Source of the DNA: Ignavibacteriota bacterium
Lineage (GTDB): Bacteria; Bacteroidota; Ignavibacteria; UBA10030; UBA6906
DNA: 64,000 nt
Assembly: GCA_963801355.1 (NCBI GenBank)
Contig: CAWDEM010000004.1
Location: 1,472,001 to 1,536,000 of the forward strand
Direction: 5' to 3'
Part shown: in pieces, positions 9,103-20,213 of the stretch
Layout: the number at the start of each line of letters is the position of its first letter
Position numbering within the stretch: position 1 is the stretch's first letter
The notes under the pieces: generated by a model
Told to the model about the DNA's origin: nothing
Database searches by the model: none
The model's input: the letters and a program-made list of their open reading frames with translations, nothing else
Program-made: the position numbers and the translations under genes

Positions 9103-11015
9103 CGCCCGGCCTCCGGTGTCATCAGTCCGAGGTACTCTGCCACCGCGCGGCCCGGGATGCGTCCCCGGACCTGCCCCATGACGAGACCCATGAGCCGCCG
9201 CTTCGCATTGGCCGGGGAATGCAGCCTGATGGCCTGAAGGTCGGCGCTGCAACGACCGGCGATGGACTGGAGTTCGTCATGCGAACAGGGAGGGGGGAGG
9301 GCGTGGCGCACAAACTGTTTTCCCTGTGCCACGGCAAGAAGAGAGGGAAGAATGCCCTCCCTGGCGAGGGATTTCTCGTGGATTGCCAGGAGTACTTCCT
9401 GCATGGTTTCTACGGTGAATCCCTCCCGGTTGCCGGTTTTTTTCTTGATCCTTTTTGGAAACTGCACAAGAGTCTCGGCGGCGATCGCCGGAGCGACATT
9501 CCATTCTTTCACTGCGCGCGCGAACAGGCCGGCAAACGGCGAAGTGCTGAGCGGAACCACAAGATCCTCCGGGACACCGATGACATGGTACCATCGCTCC
9601 CGTTCCCAGTAAGGCGGAGGAATGTCCACCCGGAGTCGTTCCAGCCGTTCCTTCATGATGCGGAGGGGGGGAAGGTCCGTGTCGGGGTACATCCGGTCGG
9701 GGCCGGGGAGAATCCTCTCGAAGCCGTTGGTTCCGTCGCGAAGCGCCTGGCGCGTTTCTGACGGAATGCCGATGGTCGCCTCGCGCGCCCGGAGAGCGAT
9801 CTCAGAGGCCCCCAGGGCGGCGTCCTGTGGACTCCCCCAGACGGCCACCAGCGTGTCATCGTCAGTGGCCCCCATGCTTTTGCGCAGCGTGCGCCACTCT
9901 GAGGATGGGAGTGTTTCGCTCGGGCTGTCGGAGTGGATGATATTCGGCAATGTCGTCAGGCAGGCCACGACCCTGACGCGGTCGGAGATCTCACGTGAGA
10001 AGAATGTGTCGGTCTGTGTTTGCCAGCGCAGCAGTCCCTGAAAGCCCCTCAGGAGAACGCCCTGCACCACGAGTCCGTCGGCCACCGCATTTCTGATCGG
10101 CTGATAGCGGGTCTTGCGAAGGAGCTTTGTCACCACTTCGGTCCTTGCGTCGAAGGAATCCCGGGTGATGCCGCGCCGGTGGAGCTCATCTCTGAGGCGC
10201 AGAAGATTTCGCTGGCGCATTGCTTCGTTGTAGGTGAGCAGCGGGATGTCGGGAATGCGGGGAACACCCTTGATCTCGATGCGGGTTCCCCCCGTGATGC
10301 TCACATTCACATCCTGCCGGGCGGCGCCCCCGCCCGTACGGACCTTTGATGTGCTGCGGACGAGTCTTCTCAGAATTTCGGCAACCTCCGCGACTTCTTG
10401 AGGCGTCCGCATGTCCGGTGCGGTGACGGTCTCGATGAGAGGCATCCCGAGTCGATCCGTGAGATAGGTTCTGCGGTGCCCCACGTCGCTCACCTCCCGG
10501 CATGCATCCTCCTCAAGGCCGAGCTGCACAATGGTGATAGTGCGGTCCCGGAATGGAATCGATCCGTTGACACCCACGATAGTGGTCCGCTGGAATCCGG
10601 TGGGGATGCTTCCGTCGAGATACTGTTTCCTGGCGATGTGGATCTCATCGACCATAGAGCAACCGTAGAGCATTCCGATGCCGAGCGCAATGTCCAGTGC
10701 ATCATCGTTCAGCTCGAACGGCGGGGTGTCGTCCATCTCGTAGGTGCATACCGTGTCCCGATGGATCTGGTAGATGATCTCTTTCTTTGTCTTGAACTCC
10801 ATGAGTGCTGTGCCGTCGTATTCACCCAGTTCGGACAGCGTGGGCCGCATGTGACGCAGGATCTCCGCGTCAAAGTGATCGCTGTAGCGTGCGGCGGGGC
10901 ACCGGCAAAAGAGCTTCTTCGACGTCAGCAGTTGTTGATGGATTTCGAGACCGGATTTGAATCCGAGAGCGGCATAGTCGTTCCCGGTCATTTCGGAGAA
11001 GGGTTTCGTGGGCAT
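9099..11015 (-). CDS. gatE: Glu-tRNA(Gln) amidotransferase subunit E (archaeal-type)
   Basis: GLEIHQQL..KLFCRCP, RPTLSELGE, DGSIPTGFQRT, LEEDAC, DRLGMPLIE, RQDVNVSI..GG.RIEIKGV, RMYPDTD; 638 aa with central insertion; C-terminal LMGLVM..RGR. Confidence 0.92.
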   Translation of the reverse strand: MPTKPFSEMTGNDYAALGFKSGLEIHQQLLTSKKLFCRCPAARYSDHFDAEILRHMRPTLSELGEYDGTALMEFKTKKEIIYQIHRDTVCTYEMDDTPPFELNDDALDIALGIGMLYGCSMVDEIHIARKQYLDGSIPTGFQRTTIVGVNGSIPFRDRTITIVQLGLEEDACREVSDVGHRRTYLTDRLGMPLIETVTAPDMRTPQEVAEVAEILRRLVRSTSKVRTGGGAARQDVNVSITGGTRIEIKGVPRIPDIPLLTYNEAMRQRNLLRLRDELHRRGITRDSFDARTEVVTKLLRKTRYQPIRNAVADGLVVQGVLLRGFQGLLRWQTQTDTFFSREISDRVRVVACLTTLPNIIHSDSPSETLPSSEWRTLRKSMGATDDDTLVAVWGSPQDAALGASEIALRAREATIGIPSETRQALRDGTNGFERILPGPDRMYPDTDLPPLRIMKERLERLRVDIPPPYWERERWYHVIGVPEDLVVPLSTSPFAGLFARAVKEWNVAPAIAAETLVQFPKRIKKKTGNREGFTVETMQEVLLAIHEKSLAREGILPSLLAVAQGKQFVRHALPPPCSHDELQSIAGRCSADLQAIRLHSPANAKRRLMGLVMGQVRGRIPGRAVAEYLGLMTPEAGR

Positions 11016-11167
11016 TGGCTGGAGGTTCGGAGTCGTATTTTCCTTAATTTACGGAATCGGGGCGCGAATATCCATTGAGCACGCCTTGACTTTCTCTCCC
11101 GGTGCACGTTAATTGCTGCAGCATACGGCCGGAAGTTTGACCAACTACAAGCCGAGAGGACAAGGAA

Positions 11168-11599
11168 ATGACGACTGCTCGCAAACTCCTGGAGAGAAAA
11201 GGGTCGAAGGTGCTCACTATTGAGGCCGCTGCATCGGTCTTTGAGGCCCTGAAAGTCATGGCGGAGCACAACGTCGGTGCCCTGGTCGTGATGGATGCTA
11301 CCAGGCTGGTGGGTATTTTTTCCGAACGCGACTACGCCCGGAAGATCGTACTGAAGAACAAGTTCTCCCGGGATACAGCAGTCCGTGAAATCATGACCCA
11401 CGATCCCATCCTTGTGACGCCGGAATCCGAAGTCCGGGAATGCATGCGGCTCATGACCGATCATCAGGTGAGGCATCTTCCAGTCATAGACAAGGAAAAT
11501 CTGGTGGGCATCATCTCGATCGGCGACGTTGTCAAATGGATCATCGAGGATCAGGCCGACTCCATCCAGTTTCTGGAACGATATATCAAAGGGAGGTGA
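11168..11599 (+). CDS. CBS domain pair protein
   Basis: VGALVV..LVGIFSERDYARK; RHLPV..LVGIISIGDVVK. Confidence 0.93.
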   Translation: MTTARKLLERKGSKVLTIEAAASVFEALKVMAEHNVGALVVMDATRLVGIFSERDYARKIVLKNKFSRDTAVREIMTHDPILVTPESEVRECMRLMTDHQVRHLPVIDKENLVGIISIGDVVKWIIEDQADSIQFLERYIKGR

Positions 11600-11690
11600 C
11601 ACCGGGGGGAGAGTGCCCCTCTCCTCTGAACGGAACCCGCCGCGCCGATCCGCTGTTTATGATGTCAACAGATGAAAGGCTGTACGATAG

Positions 11691-12422
11691 ATGATCTTTT
11701 TGCTCGCGCTTCTGCTCCCACTCGGTTCAGTGGATGCCACCCCGGAGGTCTTTCCGGGGGACAGGGAGTTTGTCACGCGCGATTACGTGTCTGCGATTGC
11801 CGCGTACCAGACGCTTCTCGAAACCCGTCCCGATACTGCCGGCGTGTTCTGGCGGCTTGCCCGGGTGGAAGTGTGTCTGGGTGATGTCACCGAGGGTGCG
11901 GAGAGTGAAGCGCACTATCGCAAAGCGGAACAGCTGGCCCGCGGTGCAGTCAGACTCGATTCAATGAATGCGGATGCCCATACGTGGCTGGCGGTTGCGT
12001 TGGGGAGCATTGCCATGTTTGAGGGGAGCAAATCGAAGGTGCGGATGGCGCATGAGATCAAGTACCATCTCGACAGGGCAATCAGTCTCAACCCCAACGA
12101 CGACGTCGCTTACTCCGTGCTGGGCAGTTTCTACGCCGCGTTGGGAGACGTGAGCTGGCTGGAGCGCCAGCTGGCCAAAGTGTTTCTGGGCCGCCTCCCC
12201 GATGGGGGATATGAAGAAGCTGAAGTTGCGTTCCGCCGGGCCATCGCTCTGGCGCCGACGGTCATCAGGCACCACTATGCGTTCGGACTCCTTTTAAAGG
12301 CTCTGGACAGGGATGTGGAAGCCCGTAAGGAGTTTGAAAGCACGCTGTCTCTTCCCGTCGTTCTTGCCCGTGATGTCAAAGACCAGCTTGCCTCCCGCAG
12401 ATTTCTCTCTACCTTGCAATAA
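11691..12422 (+). CDS. Exported tetratricopeptide-repeat protein
   Basis: Signal peptide; TPR-like units (RAISLNPNDDVAYSVLG, RRAIALAP). Confidence 0.8.
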   Translation: MIFLLALLLPLGSVDATPEVFPGDREFVTRDYVSAIAAYQTLLETRPDTAGVFWRLARVEVCLGDVTEGAESEAHYRKAEQLARGAVRLDSMNADAHTWLAVALGSIAMFEGSKSKVRMAHEIKYHLDRAISLNPNDDVAYSVLGSFYAALGDVSWLERQLAKVFLGRLPDGGYEEAEVAFRRAIALAPTVIRHHYAFGLLLKALDRDVEARKEFESTLSLPVVLARDVKDQLASRRFLSTLQ

Positions 12423-12428
12423 CCCGTC

Positions 12429-15400
12429 TCACCAACGCAGCATGTGTACCACCTGAGCCAGAAGCACGAACTCCTGGTCCCCCGAGGATTTGTTGAGCAG
12501 GGTCGTCTGCAGACCTCGTTCGAGGGCCAGCGCTTTCTCCCGGTGTTTGTTGAACACCTCGAGTGACCACCTGGCGATGTCACTCGCGGGCTCTTTTCTT
12601 TTCCACTCTTCAAGCCTTGTCTGTGCCTCCCTCGTCTTCCCGGATGCGCGCAGTGCCAGTGCGCCGGCAAGTTTCGATGCACTTCCCGGCGTGCTTCGAT
12701 TGCGCGTGTACTTGCACACCTTCGAGAGGAGCACGGCAGAACCTTCTTGGTCCCCTTTCTGCTTCAGCAAGAAGGCTTCCAGGTAATCTTCGAGGCGCGT
12801 ATCGACGTCGTACGGCCTGCCCGCCCCGAGCCGCTCCGGCCACAAACGTGCCTGCCGCATCAGCGCGAGCGCTCCCTCGACGTCATTCTGAAGCGATTTC
12901 TGTGCAGCCAGGAGGATGCAGGCCTGGCGGTAAGCATCGTGCCCGTACCGGGCTCCCTCGAAGGGGAGGATTGTCAAGGTATCAAGAATTGCGTGACCGG
13001 CGCCATATTTCTCATTGAAGAGCAGTGTCCGCGCGAGGAGGAATTCCAGCACGTAGGAGTGCGGAAACCGTTCCACGGCGTGCTCGCAGACCCGCAAGGC
13101 TTCCACATACTGCCCCTGGGCGTTCAGGAATGTTGCCAGGGCGTTGTACGTACGCCATTCGCCGGGATCAACCTGCACCGCCTTTCGATAGTCCTGCAAC
13201 GCGCGTTGGGGTGCATCCGCCCAAAAACCTGCACGCGAAAGATAGAAGGGTCCGAAATCCGGCGTGTCTTCGCACGCGGCAAGCAACGTCCCGGCCTCCT
13301 CTTTTCTTCCCAGGCTCCACGCGAGGAGCGCGCGGTAGTACAGAATTTTCCAGTGATGTGCGCGCTGTTCTGCCCAGAGGAGAACCTCCCGGTCCTCCTG
13401 TCTGTGTGGAAAAACGAGTTGAGGGCTCGCAGCGAGCGCGCTGTCCAGCAGCTGTGCGCTCTTCTGGATCCGCCCGCTTCGTGATTCGAGGTAGGCACGC
13501 CAGAGAAGCACCATCGGGTGGTCAGGAGCCAGGGAAAGAATCTCCAGGGCATCCCCTGTCAGACCGAGCCTGGCGAAGTACGTGGCAAGTTCCAGAAAGG
13601 ATTCCTGGGGCAGTTCGTTGCGTATCATCCCGACAAAAGCATCGCGACTCTCCGGGGTCGGCGCCAGTCGGTATGCCACAAAACGCGCACAATGGTTCAA
13701 CGGATCAATGGCCAGAATGTCAGAGATGAATTCGCTCACGGCTGCGGAATCCCGGCGGTGTACGGCAGCAAGAGAACGCAGTTGCAGGGCCGGGATGTTG
13801 TCAGCACCGGCCCGGGAAGCGCGGAGTGCGAACTCCTCCGCATCATCCCATTGACCTTCGATGAATGCCATTTCGGCCAGCTGAAGATATGCGGCGGGAC
13901 GGTAGGCAGCCGAACGCGCGGCAATCCCGAACCCATCGCGGGCGTCGTACGGTTTCCCGAGGCTCCGCTGCGCCAGACCGTACAGGTAATTGCTCTCGGG
14001 ATCATAGGTGTCTACAGTGAGAGATCGCTTTGTGAAGGCCAGTGCCGAATCGTGATCCATCCTGCGAAGGTAAAGCTCGGCGGAACCCGAAAGCGCAGGC
14101 AGGAACTCCGGGTCTTTGTGCAAAGACGCCCGATATGACTCAAGCGCTCCCTTCGGATCGCGTTGGCGAACGCGCTCGCGGGCATCAACAGCCAAACCAT
14201 AAGCCGAATTCCAGTCAAAGGGTGTCTCCTCCTTCACCGGCCTCTCAAGAAGCCGCGCCGTATCGTCGCTGCTGCGGTAGTGAAGAAGGTTTCCGATGTG
14301 AATCTCAACATCGCCATCCGGCCTTCCGGCAACCACCGAATCCTGAACGACCTGTAGTGGCTGGAGCTCCACGGAACGCGAGAAGCATGGTTTGCCTTCG
14401 ATTGTCACCGTAATGACCTGCGTGGACTTTCCGGTAGGACAGAAGCCGAAGTGGAGCACACCGTTTGACGCGCGGACGTGCAGCACGCCGTCCGGCGTTG
14501 CCCGCGTGACGCCGCCGAGGTTTCTGAATGGGAACCATGTTTCATTGAAACGTTCGGAGGTCTGCGGGAGAAACGTCATATGCTTGAAAGGCGTCCTGCT
14601 GCTCTGCATCACCGCCTGATTGAAGTGGAGACCTGATTGGAGCTCGACATACTGGGTATTGCCCAGCGAGGAATCGGTGAGCAAACCCTTCCAGATTTCC
14701 CCTTCCCGTGAAAGTCCCCAGATCCATAGTTTCTTCCCTGGTTTGTCGGTATACCGGGACCAGTGGATGACGCCGAAATCATTCCAGCGTGCACCGAAAT
14801 AGTCGGTGAAGGCGCCCAGGACGTGGTACGATTTGTATGACCCGAACGCGTTGTTTTGATACCAGGAAAGATCCCTTCCCTGAGTGTCGACCGGCCATGG
14901 CGAAACCTCCCCGCCGTGGCTGATGTAGGTATTGCCCGGATAGATCAACTGGAGGGTCGAATCCGCGCCGGCCGCTGCGTTCATCCAATGATAGAGCGAG
15001 GTGCTCACCGCCGTGGGATTGTACCATAATGAACGTGTTTCCACCACGGCCCGGTCGGGCGGAAGCCGGATCTCCACGCGCCACTCCGTGCGCGAAGGAA
15101 GGTCAAGCGCTCCGACGATGCAGCTCACGCTTCCGTCGGCATTTGTGCGCGTGAGATAGTCCACGGGTGTGGCAGTCGCCGGAGTGTGTCCGATATCGCC
15201 GAAATTGAACTCGATCCCGCCGGATGTCCAGGGTCCGCGCATTGCGATTTCGCGGAACTTCATTACGCGGTTGTAATAAATGAACTCCCGTCCGGTGGAT
15301 TTTTCGAAGGCACCGAGAATCTTGCCCCCGATTTCCGGGGCGACAAGCACGCGGATGAACCGGTTCTCCAACGTGACAACCTTCCATGGACGATCCACCG

Positions 15401-15614
15401 GTGTCATGCTGTATCCCTGGTAACGGAAGTAGGGATAGATGTTGCTCATTCGTGCCACCGGATCCGGGTCGGAAAATGGATACGTGCGGAATGTCTGAAC
15501 GGTTTCAGAGATTGTCGCCCGCTGTGCCGGCGACTCGGCGCAGGGCCCCAGGAGCAGAAGCATTGCCGGGAGGATCAAGAAAAGACGAACATGTGATAGG
15601 GGCGACTGTTCCAT
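12429..15614 (-). CDS. DUF5107 domain + TPR protein
   Basis: LENRFIRVLVAPEIGGKI, GPWTSGGIEFNF, PGKKLWIWG, YVELQSG followed by a long TPR array; start uncertain. Confidence 0.85.
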   Translation of the reverse strand: MEQSPLSHVRLFLILPAMLLLLGPCAESPAQRATISETVQTFRTYPFSDPDPVARMSNIYPYFRYQGYSMTPVDRPWKVVTLENRFIRVLVAPEIGGKILGAFEKSTGREFIYYNRVMKFREIAMRGPWTSGGIEFNFGDIGHTPATATPVDYLTRTNADGSVSCIVGALDLPSRTEWRVEIRLPPDRAVVETRSLWYNPTAVSTSLYHWMNAAAGADSTLQLIYPGNTYISHGGEVSPWPVDTQGRDLSWYQNNAFGSYKSYHVLGAFTDYFGARWNDFGVIHWSRYTDKPGKKLWIWGLSREGEIWKGLLTDSSLGNTQYVELQSGLHFNQAVMQSSRTPFKHMTFLPQTSERFNETWFPFRNLGGVTRATPDGVLHVRASNGVLHFGFCPTGKSTQVITVTIEGKPCFSRSVELQPLQVVQDSVVAGRPDGDVEIHIGNLLHYRSSDDTARLLERPVKEETPFDWNSAYGLAVDARERVRQRDPKGALESYRASLHKDPEFLPALSGSAELYLRRMDHDSALAFTKRSLTVDTYDPESNYLYGLAQRSLGKPYDARDGFGIAARSAAYRPAAYLQLAEMAFIEGQWDDAEEFALRASRAGADNIPALQLRSLAAVHRRDSAAVSEFISDILAIDPLNHCARFVAYRLAPTPESRDAFVGMIRNELPQESFLELATYFARLGLTGDALEILSLAPDHPMVLLWRAYLESRSGRIQKSAQLLDSALAASPQLVFPHRQEDREVLLWAEQRAHHWKILYYRALLAWSLGRKEEAGTLLAACEDTPDFGPFYLSRAGFWADAPQRALQDYRKAVQVDPGEWRTYNALATFLNAQGQYVEALRVCEHAVERFPHSYVLEFLLARTLLFNEKYGAGHAILDTLTILPFEGARYGHDAYRQACILLAAQKSLQNDVEGALALMRQARLWPERLGAGRPYDVDTRLEDYLEAFLLKQKGDQEGSAVLLSKVCKYTRNRSTPGSASKLAGALALRASGKTREAQTRLEEWKRKEPASDIARWSLEVFNKHREKALALERGLQTTLLNKSSGDQEFVLLAQVVHMLRW

Positions 15615-15853
15615 TGGGCACTTGCCTGTTGTTGGGGTAGCTACCGAGATCCACCCTCCAGCGGGTGCGATGTGTATCGTCAACGGTGGGGAATTGACTT
15701 ATCATACGCAATATTCCCGATTTGTGAAAGAAGCAACGGACCGGTGACCGGCCCTTGTTCTTGATTATCCCGTTCATAAGCTGTACTCTTTCGAGAGCAT
15801 CAAGCCCGTCCTTCTCTCGGTCCGAACCGCAATCAGACATCGGAGCCGCCCCA

Positions 15854-18463
15854 ATGAATCTTCGTTATCTCCTTGTTGCACTGCTCATCGTCACGCATTC
15901 CGGGGGCATCGCAGAATCACAGATCACGCCTGGAATCCTCCAGCGCTTTCAGACACTTCAACCCGGAGCTGATTTTCTCACGTTCCCCGAGGACCGGGAG
16001 CATCCCATCCGGCTTCGCGACGAGATTCCCGATGCATGGGTGTCGCGGACAGCAGGTGAAATGCGTCGATTTGCCGGATCAACGCGGCCCGGCGAGTACT
16101 TTGTATTCCAGATCGGCGTACTCGCGCACCGGAGAGATCTTGACCGGCTCACCGCGACATGGGTCCCCCTGCGGGGTCCTCAAGTCATTCCAGAATCCGC
16201 CATCACCTGTTTCAATACACAGGGGAGGGACCATCGCGGAAGACTGTTCAGCAAGGTGCTGCGGGTTACGCGTTACCGTATCCAACCGCTCTGGTTCGGT
16301 GTGCAGGTGCCGGCGAATGCACATGGGGTGTACCGGACATCAATTACACTCAGCGCGGCCGGCGTCACATCCCGGGCTGTAGAAGTTGTTCTTCACGTTT
16401 CAGGGGACCCCGTGGTGAACAACGGTTTCGACTCCTCCAGAACGCTTTCGCGTCTGGCATGGCTCAATACCGCCGTCGGAGCGGATGACCGGTGTTCAAA
16501 AGGATACGAGCCGATCCGCCGCGATGCACGTGGGCTCCACATTCAGGGTCGCACAGTCACGCTCGGTCCGGATGGGCTCCCGGCTGCGATCACATCGTTC
16601 TTTGAACCCTCCAATCAGTTCCTCGTCAACAAAGGGACACAATTGCTCCGCGACCGGTTCCGCTTCATCGTTGAGAAGCAAGATGGTTCTTTCATGCGGC
16701 TGGTTCCGGGAGAGCTTCGTTTTCGACAGGAGACCCCTTCTACCGTCGCATGGGAAATCAAGAGCAGCAGTCCCGAATGCGATCTGTTCTGCCATGGTCA
16801 GATGGAATTCGACGGCTTTCTGGACTACGCACTCACCGTGAAGCCCAGAAAGGCCATGGTGGTGCGTGACATCCGGCTCGAAATCCCGATGAACAGGGAA
16901 TGCACCGGCTACATGATGGGCCTGAACCACGAAGGCGGACTCCGTGCCGGCGGGTGGGAATGGCACTGGGACACCACGAAGAATCAGGATATGCTCTGGA
17001 TCGGGGACGTGAACGCCGGATTGCGCATCAAATGGAAAGCCGAGAACTATGTACGGCCACTCATCAATCTCTACTACGGGTGGGGTCCATTGCGTCTCCC
17101 GCCCTCCTGGGACAATGCAGGCAACGGTGGAGTCAGCATCGCCGATTCCGGCACCACGACGTATGTCAGAGCATATTCCGCGCCCCGCAGACTTTCGGCG
17201 GGAGAGGAGCTGCATTTCGACTTCGAACTCCTTGTGACGCCGTTCCGGACGATCGACACGGGAGTGCGCTGGGGCGACCGGTATTTTCACGGAGGCGGCA
17301 CCAATGCATTCCGCAAGATTGCCATGGCCGACAGTGTCGGAGCAAACATCATCAACATCCACCATGCCGAAGATCTCTATCCGTTCATCAATTACCCGTA
17401 TCTCGACGAAAACGTGCCGGCTCTTCGCCTGCTGGCCGACAGTGCCCATCGGGCACACAAACGGTTGAAACTGTACTATACCACGCGTGAACTGACAAAG
17501 AATCTTCCGGAGTTCTGGGCCTTCAACAGTCTCAACGGCGAGATCATCTATCCCGGGCCGGCGAGCGCCTGTACGACTATCATTAATCCGAAAGGACCGG
17601 ATGAGTGGCTGAAGAAGAACCTCAAGGAGAACTACATCCCCGCGTGGCTGAATTGGATCAAGGAGGGGCCTTTCCAGGGTGAACTGGACCTGGCCGTGAT
17701 CACTACTCCCGACGGCAGGTTGAACAATTTCTACATCGGTGGTCTGGACTGGATGCTGGATCACCTCGGCATCGATGGCGTCTATATCGATGATTCCGCA
17801 CTCGACCGCGAGACCGTGCGGCGGGCCCGAAAGCTGATTGACCGGTATCGCCCGGAAGGCCGGATTGACTTCCACAGCTGGAATCATTTCAACGACAAGG
17901 CCGGTTTTACCAATTGCCTGAACCTGTACATGGACCTTCTCCCGTACATCGATCTTGTCTGGATAGGTGAGATGCGGGATTACAATCGGTTGCCGGATCA
18001 CTGGCTGATCGAAGTCTCCGGCATCCCGTTCGGTCTGACCGGGCAAATGCTGAATGGCGGAGGGAATCCCTGGAGGGGAATGGTGTACGGCATAACAAAC
18101 CGGCCGGGATGGGCGGGAGATCCGTCACAGCTCTGGAAATTCTGGGACGCATACGGCATCGCATCAAAAAGCATGGTGGGGTACTGGGACAACGAGAACC
18201 CCGTGAAGACAGGGAATAGTCTCGTCAAGGCCACACTGTACAAGGGAGTCGGACAGTGCATTATTGCTGTCGCGGGGTGGGGGGACCAGGATCTGTCCAG
18301 TGCGCTCACACTTGACTGGAAAACGATCGGCCTTGATCCGGCCAGGTGCACGGTGAGCATTCCTGCCATTCCCGGTTTTCAGGAAGGCCGGCACAATGTG
18401 ACACTCGGAGATCTGACGATACCGGCGGGAAAGGGATATCTGATTGTACTGGAGAAGAATTGA
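15854..18463 (+). CDS. Secreted putative glycoside hydrolase (DUF6067 / GH123-like)
   Basis: Signal peptide; [58 protein letters not shown]. Confidence 0.75.
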   Translation: MNLRYLLVALLIVTHSGGIAESQITPGILQRFQTLQPGADFLTFPEDREHPIRLRDEIPDAWVSRTAGEMRRFAGSTRPGEYFVFQIGVLAHRRDLDRLTATWVPLRGPQVIPESAITCFNTQGRDHRGRLFSKVLRVTRYRIQPLWFGVQVPANAHGVYRTSITLSAAGVTSRAVEVVLHVSGDPVVNNGFDSSRTLSRLAWLNTAVGADDRCSKGYEPIRRDARGLHIQGRTVTLGPDGLPAAITSFFEPSNQFLVNKGTQLLRDRFRFIVEKQDGSFMRLVPGELRFRQETPSTVAWEIKSSSPECDLFCHGQMEFDGFLDYALTVKPRKAMVVRDIRLEIPMNRECTGYMMGLNHEGGLRAGGWEWHWDTTKNQDMLWIGDVNAGLRIKWKAENYVRPLINLYYGWGPLRLPPSWDNAGNGGVSIADSGTTTYVRAYSAPRRLSAGEELHFDFELLVTPFRTIDTGVRWGDRYFHGGGTNAFRKIAMADSVGANIINIHHAEDLYPFINYPYLDENVPALRLLADSAHRAHKRLKLYYTTRELTKNLPEFWAFNSLNGEIIYPGPASACTTIINPKGPDEWLKKNLKENYIPAWLNWIKEGPFQGELDLAVITTPDGRLNNFYIGGLDWMLDHLGIDGVYIDDSALDRETVRRARKLIDRYRPEGRIDFHSWNHFNDKAGFTNCLNLYMDLLPYIDLVWIGEMRDYNRLPDHWLIEVSGIPFGLTGQMLNGGGNPWRGMVYGITNRPGWAGDPSQLWKFWDAYGIASKSMVGYWDNENPVKTGNSLVKATLYKGVGQCIIAVAGWGDQDLSSALTLDWKTIGLDPARCTVSIPAIPGFQEGRHNVTLGDLTIPAGKGYLIVLEKN

Positions 18464-18521
18464 AAACGCCGTGCATTTTGTGTACTTTAAACAATTCGAT
18501 CACGCACACCTCCGGAGTATC

Positions 18522-20213
18522 ATGGCTGTCAACGAAAAAGCTGATTTCGTCCGCGAAATCGTCGCGGAGGACCTCCGCACGGGCAAGTATCAGGGTCGGG
18601 TGCACACGCGCTTCCCTCCCGAACCCAACGGCTATTTGCATATCGGCCACGCGAAGTCCATCAATCTCAACTATGGGATCGCGAAGGAGCATGCGGGGGG
18701 GATGTGCAACCTCCGCTTCGACGACACGAATCCGGAAAAAGAGGAACAGGAATATGTCGACTCCATCATCGAGGACGTGAAATGGATTGCGGGTGACATC
18801 GAGGAGAGGGTCTTCTACGCCTCGGACTACTTCGAACAGATGTATCAGTGGGCGGTTGACCTGGTCAAGAAGGGGAAGGCGTTCGTCTGCGATCTGACTG
18901 CGGACGAGATCCGCGAAACGCGCGGCACGCTCACGGAGCCCGGGAAAGAAAGTCCGTACCGCAACCGCACTGCGGACGAAAACCTGGACCTGTTCACCCG
19001 AATGCGGAACGGGGAATTTCCTGACGGTTCCCGCACGCTCCGGGCAAAGATTGACATGGCGTCGCCGAATATCAACCTTCGTGATCCGATCATGTACAGG
19101 ATCGTCCATGAGTCGCACCACCGCCAGGGGGATGCGTGGCCGATCTACCCCACCTATGATTGGGCGCACGGCCTTGAAGACTCGATCGAACGCATTACCC
19201 ACTCGATCTGCACGCTCGAGTTCGAAAACCACCGGCCTCTCTACGACTGGTATCTCGATGCCCTGGATGTCTACCACCCCCAGCAAATAGAGTTTGCGCG
19301 GTTGAACCTCAGCTATACGGTGTTGAGCAAACGGAGGCTGTTGCAGCTTGTCCAGGGGAAGTTCGTATCGGGATGGGACGACCCGCGCATGCCCACCATC
19401 GCCGGTTACAGGCGGCGGGGGTACACGGCGGAGTCTATCCGTACTTTTTGCGAGAAGATCGGCGTCTCCAAAAAGGACAGCATCATTGATGTTGCATTGC
19501 TGGAATGGAGTGTCCGTGAAGATTTGAACGCCCGTGCGCAGAGGGCGATGGCCGTGCTCAACCCGCTCAAGGTGATCATCACAAACTATCCTGCAGGCCG
19601 GACGGAAGAGCTTTCATCGCTCAACAATCCGGAGGATGAAGCAGCGGGCACGCGCACGGTGCCGTTCTCACGCGAGATCTATATCGAGCAGGAGGACTTC
19701 CGCGAGGTCCCGCCGCCAAAGTATCACAGACTCAGCCCCGGGAAAGAGGTGCGATTGCGGTCTGCATATATCATCAAGTGCGAAGAAGTCGTCAAGGACA
19801 ACGCGGGGAACGTCATCGAGCTCCACTGCACGTACGATCCTGAAACAAAGAGCGGGGCACCTTCGGCCAATCGCAAGGTGAAAGGGACACTCCACTGGGT
19901 TTCAGCCCCCCACGCCGCCGATGCCGAGGTGCGTCTGTACGACCGGCTGTTCGTCAAGCATGACCCCAATGAAGTTGCCGAATCGGAAAGCTTCCTGGTC
20001 AACCTCAATCCGGACTCGCTGAAGGTTCTGTCACGGTGCAAAGTCGAGCCAATGCTGGCGCATGCAGCGCCCGGGGCACGCTTCCAATTTGAACGGATGG
20101 GATATTTTTGTGTAGATGCGAAGGACTCCAGACCGGGTGCACCCGTGTTCAACAGGATCGTGACCCTGAAGGATACCTGGGCCCGGATCGAACAGAAAGG
20201 GAAAGCCGGTTGA
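18522..20213 (+). CDS. glnS: Glutamine--tRNA ligase
   Basis: [64 protein letters not shown]; no C-terminal YqeY extension. Confidence 0.97.
   Translation: MAVNEKADFVREIVAEDLRTGKYQGRVHTRFPPEPNGYLHIGHAKSINLNYGIAKEHAGGMCNLRFDDTNPEKEEQEYVDSIIEDVKWIAGDIEERVFYASDYFEQMYQWAVDLVKKGKAFVCDLTADEIRETRGTLTEPGKESPYRNRTADENLDLFTRMRNGEFPDGSRTLRAKIDMASPNINLRDPIMYRIVHESHHRQGDAWPIYPTYDWAHGLEDSIERITHSICTLEFENHRPLYDWYLDALDVYHPQQIEFARLNLSYTVLSKRRLLQLVQGKFVSGWDDPRMPTIAGYRRRGYTAESIRTFCEKIGVSKKDSIIDVALLEWSVREDLNARAQRAMAVLNPLKVIITNYPAGRTEELSSLNNPEDEAAGTRTVPFSREIYIEQEDFREVPPPKYHRLSPGKEVRLRSAYIIKCEEVVKDNAGNVIELHCTYDPETKSGAPSANRKVKGTLHWVSAPHAADAEVRLYDRLFVKHDPNEVAESESFLVNLNPDSLKVLSRCKVEPMLAHAAPGARFQFERMGYFCVDAKDSRPGAPVFNRIVTLKDTWARIEQKGKAG

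Noticed and set aside
9099-11015. Calling this gene bacterial gatB and its neighbour ansA
   Set aside because: Length, GatE-specific motifs and the GatD N-terminal domain fit GatDE; no gatA/gatC adjacent
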